NCBI RefSeq assembly: GCF_006345805.1
Contig: NC_043014.1
Span: 5,022,001-5,086,000, forward strand
Direction of reading: 5' to 3'
DNA from: Octopus sinensis
Lineage: Eukaryota
Length of the DNA stretch: 64,000 bases
Below the pieces are notes generated by a model that made no database searches, was not told the DNA's origin, and saw nothing but the letters and a program-made list of their open reading frames with translations. A program made the position numbers and the translations under genes. This document shows positions 34,375-64,000 of this stretch, one piece after another (within the stretch, counting starts at the first letter, position 1; each line of letters begins with the position of its first letter).

Positions 34375-36450
34375 TCGGTCAATTACAAATATCAGTTTGG
34401 AGCTCGGCGCAAATAAGGCCATCATAACTACAATATGAAAATAACAACCATACCGAATCATTTGTCGATTTAGTTAAAAGACATCGCATCCGGATCTCGA
34501 GTAAAGGAGTCCGGTCGATAAATGTATAGCATAACCCACCCAATACCGGTGCAACCAGCAAGAAGCCTGCAAATTGATCTGGGTTGCGTAGGCTAGGAGC
34601 ACAAAATTGACGGTCTCAGGAAACCAAAGCAGATCAAGAAGGGAACAACCTTTAATAATTGAGAATTAAACTGTCTGAATTTTTAGATATAATCTGCCTG
34701 TAAGATATAACCGGAGTCTCCTCTACAAAATTTCGTTTCTCCGATAGCGTACACCTGGATATAGGCTTGAAACTCCACAACGCAACTGTGGTGCCAACAA
34801 TATCTGCACAGGTGGGATTAGGATACTCTCAATCCCCAGCTTTCGGATTGTTTTATGGAGTGAAACCTACTAGGTGTGAGGGTTCACCTCTTGAAGCTAA
34901 GGCTGAATATGAAGGACCACTGTGGCTGTTGAAAGTATATGCAGCAAACAGCGGGTCAAATACAAATCCTTCCTAAGCAAATTCACCTCAGCTTTAGATA
35001 TATTTGGGTAGTCATTTGTCCTGCAAGGAGACTTCGGTGCACACCTTGGCACTGATAACCGTGAGAAGGGTTGATTGGAAGGAATGTCGTCAGTGAACTT
35101 AATGGACAGGTCATAGCAGACTTCTGTGCAGGATACACACTGTCCTCTCTATGGTAAAGATATTATTTTAAGACAGGGATATTTATAAGGGTGCCTGGTA
35201 TAGAAAAACTTGGTGACAGAGGTTTCTGATAGATTTCGGTCATCTTTCACTCTTTGCTGAACGTTTGTGTCTGAAAACCTAAAAATTCCTACAGACTGCC
35301 GAACACTGGAAATTGGTAAGCCGTGGATGCTGGGATCAGAAACAAAAATGTGGAGACTTTTGCATCCAAATTGAGAGTGACCCTCCTGAATTAAGTTGAA
35401 CATCGAAATGGATTTGTGATTGTATTATTTTTTTCGGCAGGTTCTTCTTCGTTTGAACGCTTATTTGAGCTAAACTCACTTAAAAGTGATAAAGCTGCTG
35501 GTGAAAAGCACGTTCGGTTTGATATTTTAGAAGCCTTAAATACAGACGGTATTCTCTGAGTGACCCATGTACGCTAGGTGGATGGGACCTCTGGAAAAAC
35601 ACCAAGGAAATGGTAATATGGGGTGACAATCACAATTTCTTCAAACAAAGACCAATGAGTGTGTTCTAATTATAGAAAAGTCTACACTAGATGTCAGGAA
35701 AAGATATGTAGGGAAATTGTCGTGCTAAATGTTACTGTCCGGGACACTGTACACCCGACCAGAGAGTCATTCAAAGACAGATCTTCCAGTAAACGTTGAA
35801 GCATTTCCAAGGGGAATACGCTGTAAACCACGGAAAGGCACAGGATAACGTGCCCTGAGGCATGTTGTGGATGGTTTACCAGGAAGGTGAGTTTACTGGG
35901 CAAATACTGGTTGCCATAAAGTACTTATATGGATGTTCAAATGATTGTATTTATGTAAAAGTCGAAAGTTTTCAACGAGAAGGTTTCAGCTCAGCATCGT
36001 CTACACCAACTCGTGCTCCTTATTCCCAAAGTTCAGTGAACTATTTACACTGGCCCTACGCGACTCCCCTGATGTGATAGCTATCACCGAGACTTGGCTG
36101 ACTCCAGCAGTAAAGGACTCAGAGATCCACCTGCAGGGCTACGTCCTTTTCAGATGTGACAGAGGAAAAAGGCGAGCTGGGGGTGTTGCTGTGTATGTTA
36201 AGTCTGAGCACAAACCGTCCTGCGGTATTCTACCCACAAATGCTCAACCTACAACCAAATTCGATGCCGTCTATTGCAAGCAGGGCATTTGATTCTCAGA
36301 TGAAGAGGGCATGCCATACTTATCGTCTGCAAGCCGGTGGGGCTCGCTCTGAGCACTCTAATTTGCTCACACTGAACATACCGGCCGCCTCGGACACTCA
36401 GCGAAGAGCACACTCGTTGGAACCGTCCAGACCGAAACAATTCTCGACGT
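34375..36450 (-). mobile_element. Decayed Penelope-like retroelement (lineage B)
   Basis: Homologous to 19556-21540 and 6890-8880, including the distal end missing in the fused copies. Confidence 0.6.
35989..36282 (+). mobile_element. CR1/L2-type LINE endonuclease fragment
   Basis: YTNSCSL..K..EL....PDVIAITETWL...EIHLQGYVLFRCDR...GGVAVYV, typical of a CR1-group APE N-terminus; open frame. Confidence 0.85.
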
Positions 36451-36689
36451 ATCACTGCATATATACTCATATATACTCAATAAATGGCATAGTATATTAG
36501 AATAACATTATATTTAGGGAATTCTTGTAAAGTAGAACATAGTTTAAAATAAATTCAGGCAAGTGTCTTAGTATATATTATTGTGGACATATGGATAGTA
36601 ATGTGGAATTAATTCAAAGTTGGTGAAATAATAAATCATTAGTTAATGAGTCACGGGTAAAAGACTTTAGCTATAAAATTAGTTCTTAC

Positions 36690-36741
36690 TTGGTGTGTCA
36701 TCAGGTTTATCGTCGAGAGATTTCTTGGAGATGAAACGGTT
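36690..36741 (-). CDS. Gene 2 exon 2 (B type)
   Basis: TTTTTTCACAG|AAC...CCAA|GTAAGA, 52 nt. Confidence 0.75.
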
Positions 36742-36841
36742 CTGTGAAAAAATAGAAATAGCATCATATAAATAGAACTTCAGGGTATTCATTATCGTTT
36801 AGAACTTAAAACAATGCAATAGATGACTACATATTCGGACA

Positions 36842-37435
36842 GTTAACATTGCCAACACTACCATCTCAACCCCTTAGGAATTTTCTAGAAGGCGCTTCAA
36901 TCCGGTCAAAGGATTTTCTGAACAATATCAGACAATAGAGCTCAGCATTTCAAATGACATCGTTTGGTGAATCTAAGATAGATAAACATGAATTTACGCC
37001 GACGTCAAAGTTCAAGGGCAAGTCTATCGCCTTATTGGTTCTCTGGTACCCGCGAATGAACAACCACAGTTCCTCCAAATTTACTGTATGAGTGATGTAG
37101 GACAACAAACCCGACGTGAGGTGTCAAAATTTCCGATGATAGTTGGTGTTACACACAACGCACACTGCTGCAAAGGTGAGTATACCCACTGACAGTTTTT
37201 CGGTGCGTTCAAAAATCACACAAACCCCACATCCAATATTGTATGACAGGTTAGGGCCTGAAACACTCCAAACGGACGCATAGCATGTTGCTTAGTCGAA
37301 TTATCCGAGCATTTACTACAAATGTTTTGTTGTCAATGTTGCACTTTCCAATATCACCTGTTTCAAAATGACTGGAATATACTATATACCAACTTTGCCA
37401 TTTGAATCCCCAGCAATGCCGGGTGTGTCTGCAAG
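36842..37435 (+). mobile_element. Helitron remnant
   Basis: Paralog of 21929-22524, with SAFQMTSFG and the terminal hairpin. Confidence 0.75.
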
Positions 37436-37585
37436 TACACAGACACACACACAGACACACACACACACATGTATATATATATAGGTCAATTTAATCCAAA
37501 CATGACAGCACAAAAGTACAACGACGCGAGGACGTGGAACAAAGATAGTATTATTGGACGCTCAGGAAATAAGGAAAGAAGGAGG

Positions 37586-37620
37586 GTTTAACGTTTCGGG
37601 TGGAGTTCTTCGTCGGAAAC
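37586..37620 (-). ncRNA. Minimal hammerhead-like motif (paralog of 23550-23584)
   Basis: Identical GTTT-CCGACGA...GAAACGTT-AAAC. Confidence 0.35.
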
Positions 37621-38849
37621 ATACAAGAAGGAAAGATCCAGAGGAGGGAAGACAGAGGAAAAAATCGCCAACTGTACACACGCGGCCACATTTTGAATGA
37701 CCGGAAGGAAATGGGTGAAGATAAGTTCTTTCAAAGACAGAATAGTGGTAGAGGAAGAGGAATGTGTGTGTAAGTGTGGATAAGAGCGTATGCGGAGGTC
37801 TGCGTGTGCGTGTGTGTGTCTGTGTGTATGTGTGCAATGATGACACGTGTATGTGTATGTGCATGTGTGTGTGTATGTGTGTGTGTGGTTGTGGCTGTTA
37901 ATCTTTGCGTGTTGTAGGGCTAGTAGTGTTAAGGTCAAGGAAGAAGGAATTGGGCGTGGCTCCTTTTGTCTCTACCACAGGTCAAGTTGTAGGTACTGCT
38001 TGTTTGAAGTATGTGTGTGTGTGCGTGTATGTATATGTATCATGTGTGTGTTTTGCTTGTAGTGTGTGTGTATGTATGTGTGTGTTCATGTGTGTAGGCG
38101 TAGAGTTAGGGTGTGTGGCGAATAACAGTGCTTTACTTAGTGTACGTGCGCGTGTATGTATGTGGGTATATGTGCAATGATGACACGCGTGTCTGTGTAT
38201 GTGTGTGTTTTGTTTCTAGTGTGTGTGTGTGTGTGTGCATGTGTGTCTATGCGTAGCGTTTGGGTGTGTGGCGAATATCTGTGCGTATGCGTGTATACAT
38301 GTATGTATAATTGTGTGCGTGTATGTATAATTGTGTGCCGTGTGTATGGGACGTATGTGTGGGTTCATTTGTGTGTGTGTGTTTGTATGTGCATGCGTCT
38401 CGTATGTGAGTGTAGTTGTGTGTGCGTGTACGTGTGAGTTTGTATGTGTGTAAGCGTATATGGGTGTATATAAGTGTATCCGTGGGGTTGTGAGTTTTGC
38501 GTGCGTGTGTGTGTTTGTGTCTGTGTCTATATGTGTATACTTATGTGTATGTGTGTGTGCGCGTGTAGGCATATATTGTGCGTATGTATATGTATCGGTG
38601 TTTCTGTGAATTTGTACATGCGTGTGTGTGTGAGGGTTTTTGGAGTTGTGTGGGCGTAATGTGCGTGCGTGTGCTTGTGAGCGTGTGTGCGCTTAAGTAC
38701 GTGCATGTGCGTGAGTGTCTGTGACATGTGTGTATAAGTGTGTGCGTATCTGTATGATTATTGTTCGTTAAAGGTATGTGTGGGCATCTGTGCTGGTGTG
38801 TGAGTATGTACGTGTGTATGTGTGTGTGTGCGTGTATACATATAACTCC

Positions 38850-39083
38850 GTGATCACCGTTACAGACCAAGCTACCAGTTGTTGCTACATATCGCTGGAC
38901 ACAATGCGCTTCGCATTGTTTTAGCCTTCAAATGACGCCATCCCGTTGGCTAAGCGAGCAGGTCAAGAGAAGAAAGGGAGGAATTTGTAGCGAAAGAGTG
39001 CTCACAACCTAGTCTGGGAATCGAAATCGCGATCCTAAAATCGTGAGTCCACGACCCGAAGCACCGGGCCACTGCGCCTCCAA
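38850..39083 (-). mobile_element. tRNA-derived SINE
   Basis: Paralog of 23994-24275 with an internal deletion. Confidence 0.7.
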
Positions 39084-39086
39084 ACA

Positions 39087-39167
<81 letters not shown>

Positions 39168-39869
39168 CAATATATAGGTATACACGTACACATAAGCATA
39201 CACACCATAAATATCACAAATATACGTATCTAGTTTTACGCATACACACACACAATCTCACACATATATGTGAGTGGACATACACTGTATAGTGTGATTG
39301 TTCGTGTACAATTGAGCACGTGTGTCTGTGTGCGTGCGTATGTGTGTGTGTTTGTGTTTATTTGTGCGTGTGTTTGTCCGTGTGTCTGTGTGTATGTATT
39401 TACATTCGTTCTTACATATTGTCATATATAAAAACCAACGTGAATTACAGTCAAACATTACGAAATTCACCGATCTACATTGGCACTCGCACGTTTTATT
39501 TTCAGTTGGAAAGAAAAGATTCAAAAAAACTCGCCTCACTTCCGTTCCTGATGGAGAGAAATAGATAAATGTGTGTAAATATGTACGTATTCCTATGTGT
39601 GCGTGTCTGTGTGTGTTTGTATGTGTCTGTTTCTGTGCGTGTGTGTAAGTGTACATCTAGATATAATACTTAACACTAATATTAATAGGGCTAAACGTTG
39701 CAGCCAAAGGGCATGGCCATGCTGGAACCCCACCATTAGATTTTCTTCATTACGCACTTATTTCCCTCTCCAGGAATATGTCTGGTGAAAGAGCGATCGG
39801 AGAGGAGTACAATTCCACTCTTCTTTGTGTTTACTTGGGATGTGTGTATATGTATATATATATATATGA

Positions 39870-39908
<39 letters not shown>

Positions 39909-39909
39909 C

Positions 39910-40070
<161 letters not shown>

Positions 40071-40147
40071 GTAGATAGATAGATTGATAGATAGATATGT
40101 ATGTATATACATACGTAACTATATATGTGTGTATGTATATATGATAC

Positions 40148-40202
<55 letters not shown>

Positions 40203-40261
40203 GAGGTACAATGGCCCAATGGTCATAGGATCGCGCTTTCGATTCCCTGACCGATGGGTGA

Positions 40262-40341
<80 letters not shown>

Positions 40342-40345
<4 letters not shown>

Positions 40346-40530
40346 ATTATAATAAAGGTTTTTTGCACGAGGTTGCTTAAACCACATACCGAATATGTTA
40401 GAAACAGAAGTCAAAGGCCTACCATTTCTATTACAACAATGGTAGAATGGTAGCCCTTTGACTGCTTGTTCTAATATTTTCAGAATGTGGTTTAAGCAAC
40501 CTCTTGCAAAAAACCCATATTATAATTATA
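40342..40530. repeat. ~190-bp foldback (long imperfect palindrome)
   Basis: Left arm TATAATTATAATAAAGGTTTTTTGCACGAGGTTGCTTAAACCACAT...CTACCATTTCTA pairs with right arm TAGAATGGTAG...ATGTGGTTTAAGCAACCTCTTGCAAAAAACCCATATTATAATTATA. Confidence 0.88.
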
Positions 40531-40623
40531 TAAATTTTTACCGTATATGGTCCTTTTCCATACCGAAATACAACTAGGTGATATTTATTAAATTTTATTA
40601 AATTAATTATATTTCACCCTTTA

Positions 40624-40765
<142 letters not shown>

Positions 40766-41182
40766 TTACAGTGTCTGTGTGGTAAAACATTTGCTTCTTA
40801 ACTACAAGGACGATGTTGGACGAATGCCTACCACTCTAACTTCGAGCTAACCAGAGCCATCTAAGTAGATTTGGTAGATTGAGACTGAAAGAAGGGTGCT
40901 ATACACACACACTCACACACACATGTATGTATGTATCTTATGTTTTATATATGTGTCTGTTATTGTCGCACCACTATCGCTTCTCAACAGATGTCGGTGT
41001 GTTTACGTCCCCGTTACATAGCGGTTCAGCTAGAAATAACGATAGAATGAGCACTAGGTTTACAAAAAATAATTCCTGAAGTCGATTTGTCCTACTAAAT
41101 GCAGTGCTCTAGCTTGGATGTAATCAAATGACAGAAACGGGTAAAAGAATATATTTATACACAAACACACACTACCACACAA

Positions 41183-41217
<35 letters not shown>

Positions 41218-41600
41218 GAGAGAGATAGACAGAGAGATACAGAGATAGATACACACACGCATATATATGTTTGTATACATGTATCTATATATGTACAGGC
41301 ATTAATATATATTCATATATATGTATATATATATATATGTATATACATATATGTATGTTTAGGTGTGTGCGTCTGTGTTTTCGTGTGTGATTACGTGCGT
41401 GATGGATGTTATGTGTGTGTGTGTGCTCTATAGGAACATATGTACATGGTTCATGCATATATCCGTCCATCCATCCATCCGTACGTACATACATCCACAT
41501 ATTAATACATACATACGTAAATGTATACATACAAACATGCATACGTACCTATATAAATACATAAACACATAAATATATTAACAAAAAATGCATTACTTAC

Positions 41601-41744
41601 CGTTTCCGATTTCTCTTCCATTTTTCCTATTCTTGAATCTTGATGAAGAATCACGATCGTCAGAACGAGAAGAACCCCAAAAGCTATGAGAGAAGAAATG
41701 GAATAACGCTGCGAAATATTCCTGGACAGTTGTGCGAAATCCAT
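41601..41744 (-). CDS. Gene 2 exon 1
   Basis: ATG at 41744; one aa change (KSET); donor ACG|GTAAGT. Confidence 0.78.
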
Positions 41745-43185
41745 TCTGGTGACAGTTGTCGGTCGTAAGTGATACTTCGTGTGGCTTCAACAAAAGATCG
41801 AGATGCGAGGTTTAAGCTGAAGACCTGTAACTGAATTCCACGTATTTATTGAGCGCACAACAACCCAGCTCTGGCAGAGATCTTATCGTAAATTTATGAA
41901 CCAATGCGATTGGTGGAACTGTAAAAGTGGGCGTGAACTTGTCTGACAGGTTTAATTATTGGAAAGAGATGGTTTGATATTGTCACACAATAATTAGCAA
42001 AATATTTTGATGAATGAGAGACACGTGTAAAGTGAAATGATTCCTGTTTCTGGATATATTATGATATATTTATTTACTAATGTTGTTATTTAATTTTATT
42101 TGTTATTATTGGGAAACGGTTCTAATATTCAGTGTGGGAAGTATTTCGTTCAACCGACGAATACACAGACACACACCCACACACACACACTGACACACAT
42201 ACACTGACACACATACACACAAGCACACACTGACACAGACACCAACACACACACAAGCCCACACTGACACACAGATACACACACGCACACACACTAACAC
42301 ACACACACACTGACATACATACACAAACCAACACACACACCCACACACACCAACACCCACACCCACATACACCAACACACACTGACACACACAATGACAC
42401 AGACACACAGATACATTGTCTTACACACACACGCACGCTGACACACACACGCACCCACACTGACACACACATATACTGACATACACACACACACTGACAC
42501 ACACATACACATTCCCACACACACACATACACTGACACACACACACACACATACACACACACACACACACACACTCACACTCACACACTTTTAATATTCA
42601 GTGTGGGAAGTATTTCGTTCAACCCACACAGTAATCGCAAGACTTAATCTAATGAAGTCCGCTGTTCGGATTGGATTCTTCACAACAAGCGTTAATCGGA
42701 TTAGAAAAGTTTTATGTGAATATCAAAATCAAAACCTACCAATTCCCACCCACCCATACATACATATATACATACATACATACACACATACATACATCCA
42801 CACTCACGTATTTACATACATATATACATACATACATACCCCCATACATGCATATATACTTACATACACACACATATATATACATACATGCACACATACA
42901 TACACACATACATACAAACATACATACATACACACACATACATACATACATACATACATACATACTTTCATACATACATACATACATACATGTATGCATA
43001 TATTTATACATACAAATATGTATGTATACATGTATACATGCATGTATGTTTGAATGTAAGCATGTATATATCGATAGACACGTATACACATACATACATA
43101 TACACATACATACATACATACTTACATCCATACATACATGCATACATACTTACATCCATCCATCCATCCATACATACATACATAC

Positions 43186-43740
43186 TTGGTGGCTGCCCCC
43201 TCGTTATCGAGTATGGGCATTGCACGAAGCTTAATCAATGTTGTTAACTTGCAATGCCTGTGCATGAAGATTTATTTTTTATAGCGAGGAAAGGCTGTGC
43301 ACTGTGTTAATCCCAGTCACTAAGCAACAGCAGCCATAATCCGAAAAGAAGAACAAGTCAACATCATCGGTAACCACTGAGCCGCAGTTCTTATATCGGA
43401 GTTATCCCAGTTACCTGAGTTAACTTCTCAAAAAGGATGCCCTAACAAAGTCTAGAAGTCCTTCACTCCCAACGGTTTTATTGCGCGATCGGGTATTCAG
43501 TCCGATTATTTCTATGTCCCCGCGCATGATACAGTCTTAAGACATATATTGGATGGCCGTTGACTCTCAAGAGTTCCTCCGCTCTTTGACGGGTTTTGTT
43601 TTTCATCCCGCAGGGTGTCAATAAACTCCCTCCTCACCAAGCAAGCTTGGTGGGGATGCCGGTTTAGTCGTCGACGACCCGACAATGCAACAGTTTGTAC
43701 TGGGTTACATGTTACCAGTAGCACTCGAAAGTGACCTGAC
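43186..43740 (-). mobile_element. Non-autonomous retroelement copy (as 1524-2079)
   Basis: High similarity to 1524-2079. Confidence 0.45.
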
Positions 43741-44370
43741 ATACATACATGCATACATACATACATACATGCATACATACATACATACATGCATACATAC
43801 ATACATGCATACATTCATGCATGCATACATATATACATACATACATGCATGCATACATACATGCATCAATGCATGCATACATACATATATACATACATAC
43901 ATACATACATACATACATACATACATACATACATACATACATACATACATACAAAAATATCCTGTTCATGTTGTGGAAATTCCAATGAAAGATACTTGGA
44001 ACTAAGTTAGAAGCCGTCTCTCTTTCTGTTGGCCAGAAATATTCTATTAAAACCGAATAATGACATTCATACATATTTTTAGCTAGTCATTATCACTAGC
44101 TTTGAATACTTTTCTTCAAGTTTTATAAATCATAGCAAAACATACAGGTACAGTGTCTCCCATTTGAAACTCAATTCGCAAGTGCAACTTCCGTATGGAC
44201 TGTATATGTACGATGGAATTCCATAGTTATGATTAAATTTTCTTAGATGAAGCATGTTAGACCCCTCAGATATAAGTTGACTTAATTTAATATATATATG
44301 TGTGTGTGTTGTGTGTGTGTGTGTGTGTGTGTGTGTTTGTGTGTATGTGTGTGTGTGTGTGTGTGTGCTC

Positions 44371-44440
<70 letters not shown>

Positions 44441-45960
44441 GTGTTTGTGTTTGTTTGTGTAACACTCTCGGTTTGGCCCTCGAAATAAGGGTAATTTGAA
44501 ATAAGCTACAAAATAAATCTTACAGCCATGTCAGATTTCAACAAAGTCCCATAATTTTTCCTATTGTAATGGCGTGTTGCCTATGCAGCTGCGCATGCTC
44601 TGTACAGCTTAAACACATGGCGGTCGTTTTAACTGTCTAATTATGCCGCTGAATCAAAATATGAATTTGAAGATCTACCAGCGTCCGTATTCTCTGCAAT
44701 TGTTTACGATTTACAACCAGGAAAATATTTGTAATCTAGAGAAGCGAATGCAGATTTACCCATTAGACTAATAATAGTGGGACGGTAAACATTAATAATC
44801 TTTAATCTTTATTGCAGCTTGATGCTGTAAACCGAAACCTTCGTTTCTCTAACAAATATTCGACACACTCCAACATACTCTCATGAATCCTATTGGATAT
44901 AACGTGACGGTCACAACATCTCAGCCTTCTTACACACAGCATCCGTGCTTGCCCTGACTATATTTGCTCTCTTTACTCTCGCTTTTATGGGTGTTGTATT
45001 CGTTTCGCATGATATGTATTCAGCTTCTAGGATCCATCCTTTCTTCGGTTCTGGTATGTTTACGTAGATGAGTGAAAGAAATCGTCGTATTTGATGATCT
45101 CTGCTGTCGAAATGAGGCAATTTTTCTAGTTGATTTCAGTTCTTATTCTTGTATATCATCAGCGTTTAGTATATGACGTGTATGTTGTGTGCATCGAGTT
45201 TCATTTTGTATCTTATTTTGAAGAGAGGTGGGAATTTTGTGATATAGATTTAGGTTGGCAGGACCAATACTCATTTATACTGTCTTTTGATGGATTGATC
45301 GTGTAAATTCCACATTCTCAGAAAGCTTAATTTGAACATTTTGTGATATTTGTAAAGTAGACGATAAATAGGTTTATAAGATATGGGTTTGGAATGGATC
45401 GGAAAGCTTTCCTGATTAATAACGGCAAATAGAATGGATTGTGTGGAAGTATCTGGTTGTTGTTGAAAGAATCAGTTAAGTTCTGTGCTATGTAATGTAG
45501 CGGTTCATGGGTCCTTGTCAGAATCCGAGCTGTAATTTGAAAACCAAGATGTCTGAGATAGTAGCGTCGAGTATTAGATTTTCTAAGGCTGTGCATGAAA
45601 AGCTGATATAATTCTATGGTGGTACTTTATTTGGGGTTTGTTGAATCATGAGACAGAAGACAAAATACTGTTAAACGAAATAACATTTTATTTCAACGAT
45701 AAGTTTGATAAACTGAAATCTTACAAAATGTTTTCTAGAATCATTTCGACAGATTTAGATTTTTCTTGTTTTTGATGATATTTCTGGCATTCTACGTCGC
45801 CTCTTTTGTATTGTTTGAATATCTTCTGTAAACTAGTACAACAGTTTATTGTAACGATAGACATACTTTAAAGTAAATATTAGGTAAAACAATAAAAATT
45901 TTATATTATTTCTTTTAATTCACAGACATATTTTAATATGGAACCGAATTTAATTTCTGC

Positions 45961-61383
<15,423 letters not shown>

Positions 61384-62799
61384 TCTGGTGACAGTTGTCG
61401 GTCGTAAGTGATACTTCGTGTGGCTTCAACAAAAGATCGAGATGCGAGGTTTAAGCTGAAGACCTGTAACTGAATTCCACGTATTTATTGAGCGCACAAC
61501 AACCCAGCTCTGGCAGAGATCTTATCGTAAATTTATGAACCAATGCGATTGGTGGAACTGTAGAAGCGGGTGTGAACTTGTCTGACAGGTTTAATTATTG
61601 GAAAGAGATGGTTTGATATTGTCACACAATAATTAGCAAAATATTTTGATGAATGAGAGACACGTGTAAAGTGAAATGATTCCTGTTTCTGGATATATTA
61701 TGATATATTTATTTACTAATGTTGTTATTTAATTTTATTTGTTATTGTTGGGAAACTGTTTTAATATTCAGTGTGGGAAATATTTCGTTCAACCGACAAA
61801 TACACAGACACAAAGACACACACACACACTTACACACTGACACACGCACACACACACTCCCACACACACTCACACACACACACACTAACACACACAAACA
61901 CACACACACACACACATACACACTCACACACACACGCACACACTGATACACACCTAATACATTGTCATACACACACACTCACACATACACACACTCACAC
62001 ACACACACACACTAACACACACACGCACTGATACACACACACGCACACACTGACAAACACACACACACTCACACACACACACACACGCTGACACACACAC
62101 TGACACACACACGCACACACTGACACTCACACACACACATACACTGACACACACACTGACACACACACTCACACACATACACACACACTCACACACTGTT
62201 TTAATATTCAGTGTGGGAAGTATTTCGTTCAACCCACACAGTAATCGCAAGACTTAATCTAATGAAGTCCGCTGTTCGGATTGGATTCTTCACAACAAGC
62301 GTTAATCTGATTAGAAATGTTTTATGTGAATATCAAAATCAAAACCTACCAATTCCCACCCACCCATACATACATACATAGATACATACATGCACACATA
62401 CATACAAGCATACATACACACATACTTGCATATATACATACATACATAAATACATACACACATACATACATACATACATACATACATACATACATACAAA
62501 CATACCCCCATACATATATACATACATACACACACACACATTTATTCAAACATACACACATACATACATACAAAAATACATACATACATATATACATACT
62601 TTCAAACATACATAGATGCATGCATATATGTATACATTCATGTATGTATGTATACATGTATGCATGCATGTATGTATGAATGTAAGCATGTATATGTCGA
62701 TAGACACATATACACATACATACATACATACATACATACATACATACATACATACATACATACATACATACATCCATCCATCCATACATACATACATAC

Positions 62800-63345
62800 T
62801 TGGTGGCCCTCGTTATCGAGTATGGCCATTGCACGAAGCTTAATCAATGTTGTTATCGTGCAATGCCTGTGCATGGAGATTATTTTTAAAGCGAGGAAAG
62901 GCTGTGCACTGAGTCAATCCCAGTCATTAAGCAACAGCAGCCATAATACGAAAAAAACACGTCAACATCACCGGTAACCACTGAGCCGCAGTTTTTATAT
63001 CGGAGTTATCCCAGTTACCTGAGTTAACTTCTCAAAAAGGATGCCCTAACAAAGTCTAGGAGTCCTTCACTCCCAACGGTTTAACCGCGCGATCGGGTAT
63101 TCAGTCCGATTATTTCTATGTCTCCGCGCATGATACAGCCTTAAGACAGTTATTGGATGGCCGTTGACTCTCAAGAGTTCCTCCGCTCTTTGACGGGTTT
63201 TGTTTTTCATCCCGCAGGGTGTCTAATAAACTCCCTCCTCACCAAGCAAACTTGGTGGGGATGCCAGTTTAGTCGCCGACGACCCGACAATGCAATAGGT
63301 TGTACTGGGTTACATGTTACCAGTAGTACTCGAAAGTGACCTGAC
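62800..63345 (-). mobile_element. Non-autonomous retroelement copy (as 1524-2079)
   Basis: High similarity to 1524-2079, in (CATA)n. Confidence 0.45.
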
Positions 63346-64000
63346 ATACATACATGCATACATACATACATACATGCATACATACATACATACATAAATA
63401 CATACATGCATACATACATACATACATGCATTCATGCATACATACATGCATACATGCATACGTACATACATACATGCATACATGAATACATACATGCATA
63501 CATGCATACATACATACATACATGCATACATACATACATACATACACACATACATACATACATACATACATGCATACATACATACAAACATGCATTCATA
63601 CATACATACATACATACATACATACACACATACATGTATACATGCATACGTACATACATTCATGCATACATGCATACATACATACATACATACACACATA
63701 CATACACACATACATGCATACATACATACATACATGCATACATACATACATACATGCATACATACATACATGCATGCATGCATACATACATACATACATA
63801 CATACATACATACATACATGCATGCATGCATACATACATACATACATACATACACACATACATACACACATACATGCATACATACATACATACATACATG
63901 CATACATACATACATGCATGCATGCATACATACATACATACATACATACATAAGTACATACATACAAAAAAATCGTGTTCATGTTGTTGAAATTCTAATG

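Overview
Eukaryotic, microsatellite-rich animal DNA. The SINE and repeat types suggest an octopus or other coleoid cephalopod (inference). The window holds a tandem array of minus-strand, 4-exon genes. Each encodes a ~256-aa predicted type II membrane protein: a short cytoplasmic N-terminus and hydrophobic anchor (exon 1), a short stalk (exon 2), and a 10-Cys short-chain-collagen-C4/spongin-type C-terminal domain (exons 3-4), with no Gly-X-Y helix. Three copies are complete in the window (4296-26275, 31717-41744, 45961-61383), and exon 1 of a fourth lies at 261-404. Exon 1 is essentially invariant, while the ectodomain exon varies in discrete patches. Genes 1 and 3 are fusions of two ancestral units: each carries two frame-incompatible copies of exon 2 and an orphan exon-1 splice donor. 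Gene 2 has lost its exon-3 donor. The introns contain decayed Penelope elements, mariner and Helitron remnants, SINEs, foldback/MITE elements, several minimal hammerhead-ribozyme-like motifs and a 3.4-kb minisatellite expansion. They also contain a young L1/Tx1-like insertion in (TATC)n, made of an ORF1-only (HAL1-like) element joined in tandem to an ORF2-bearing relative. Nearly all long ORFs in the track are microsatellite artefacts. All alignments and counts were done by eye.
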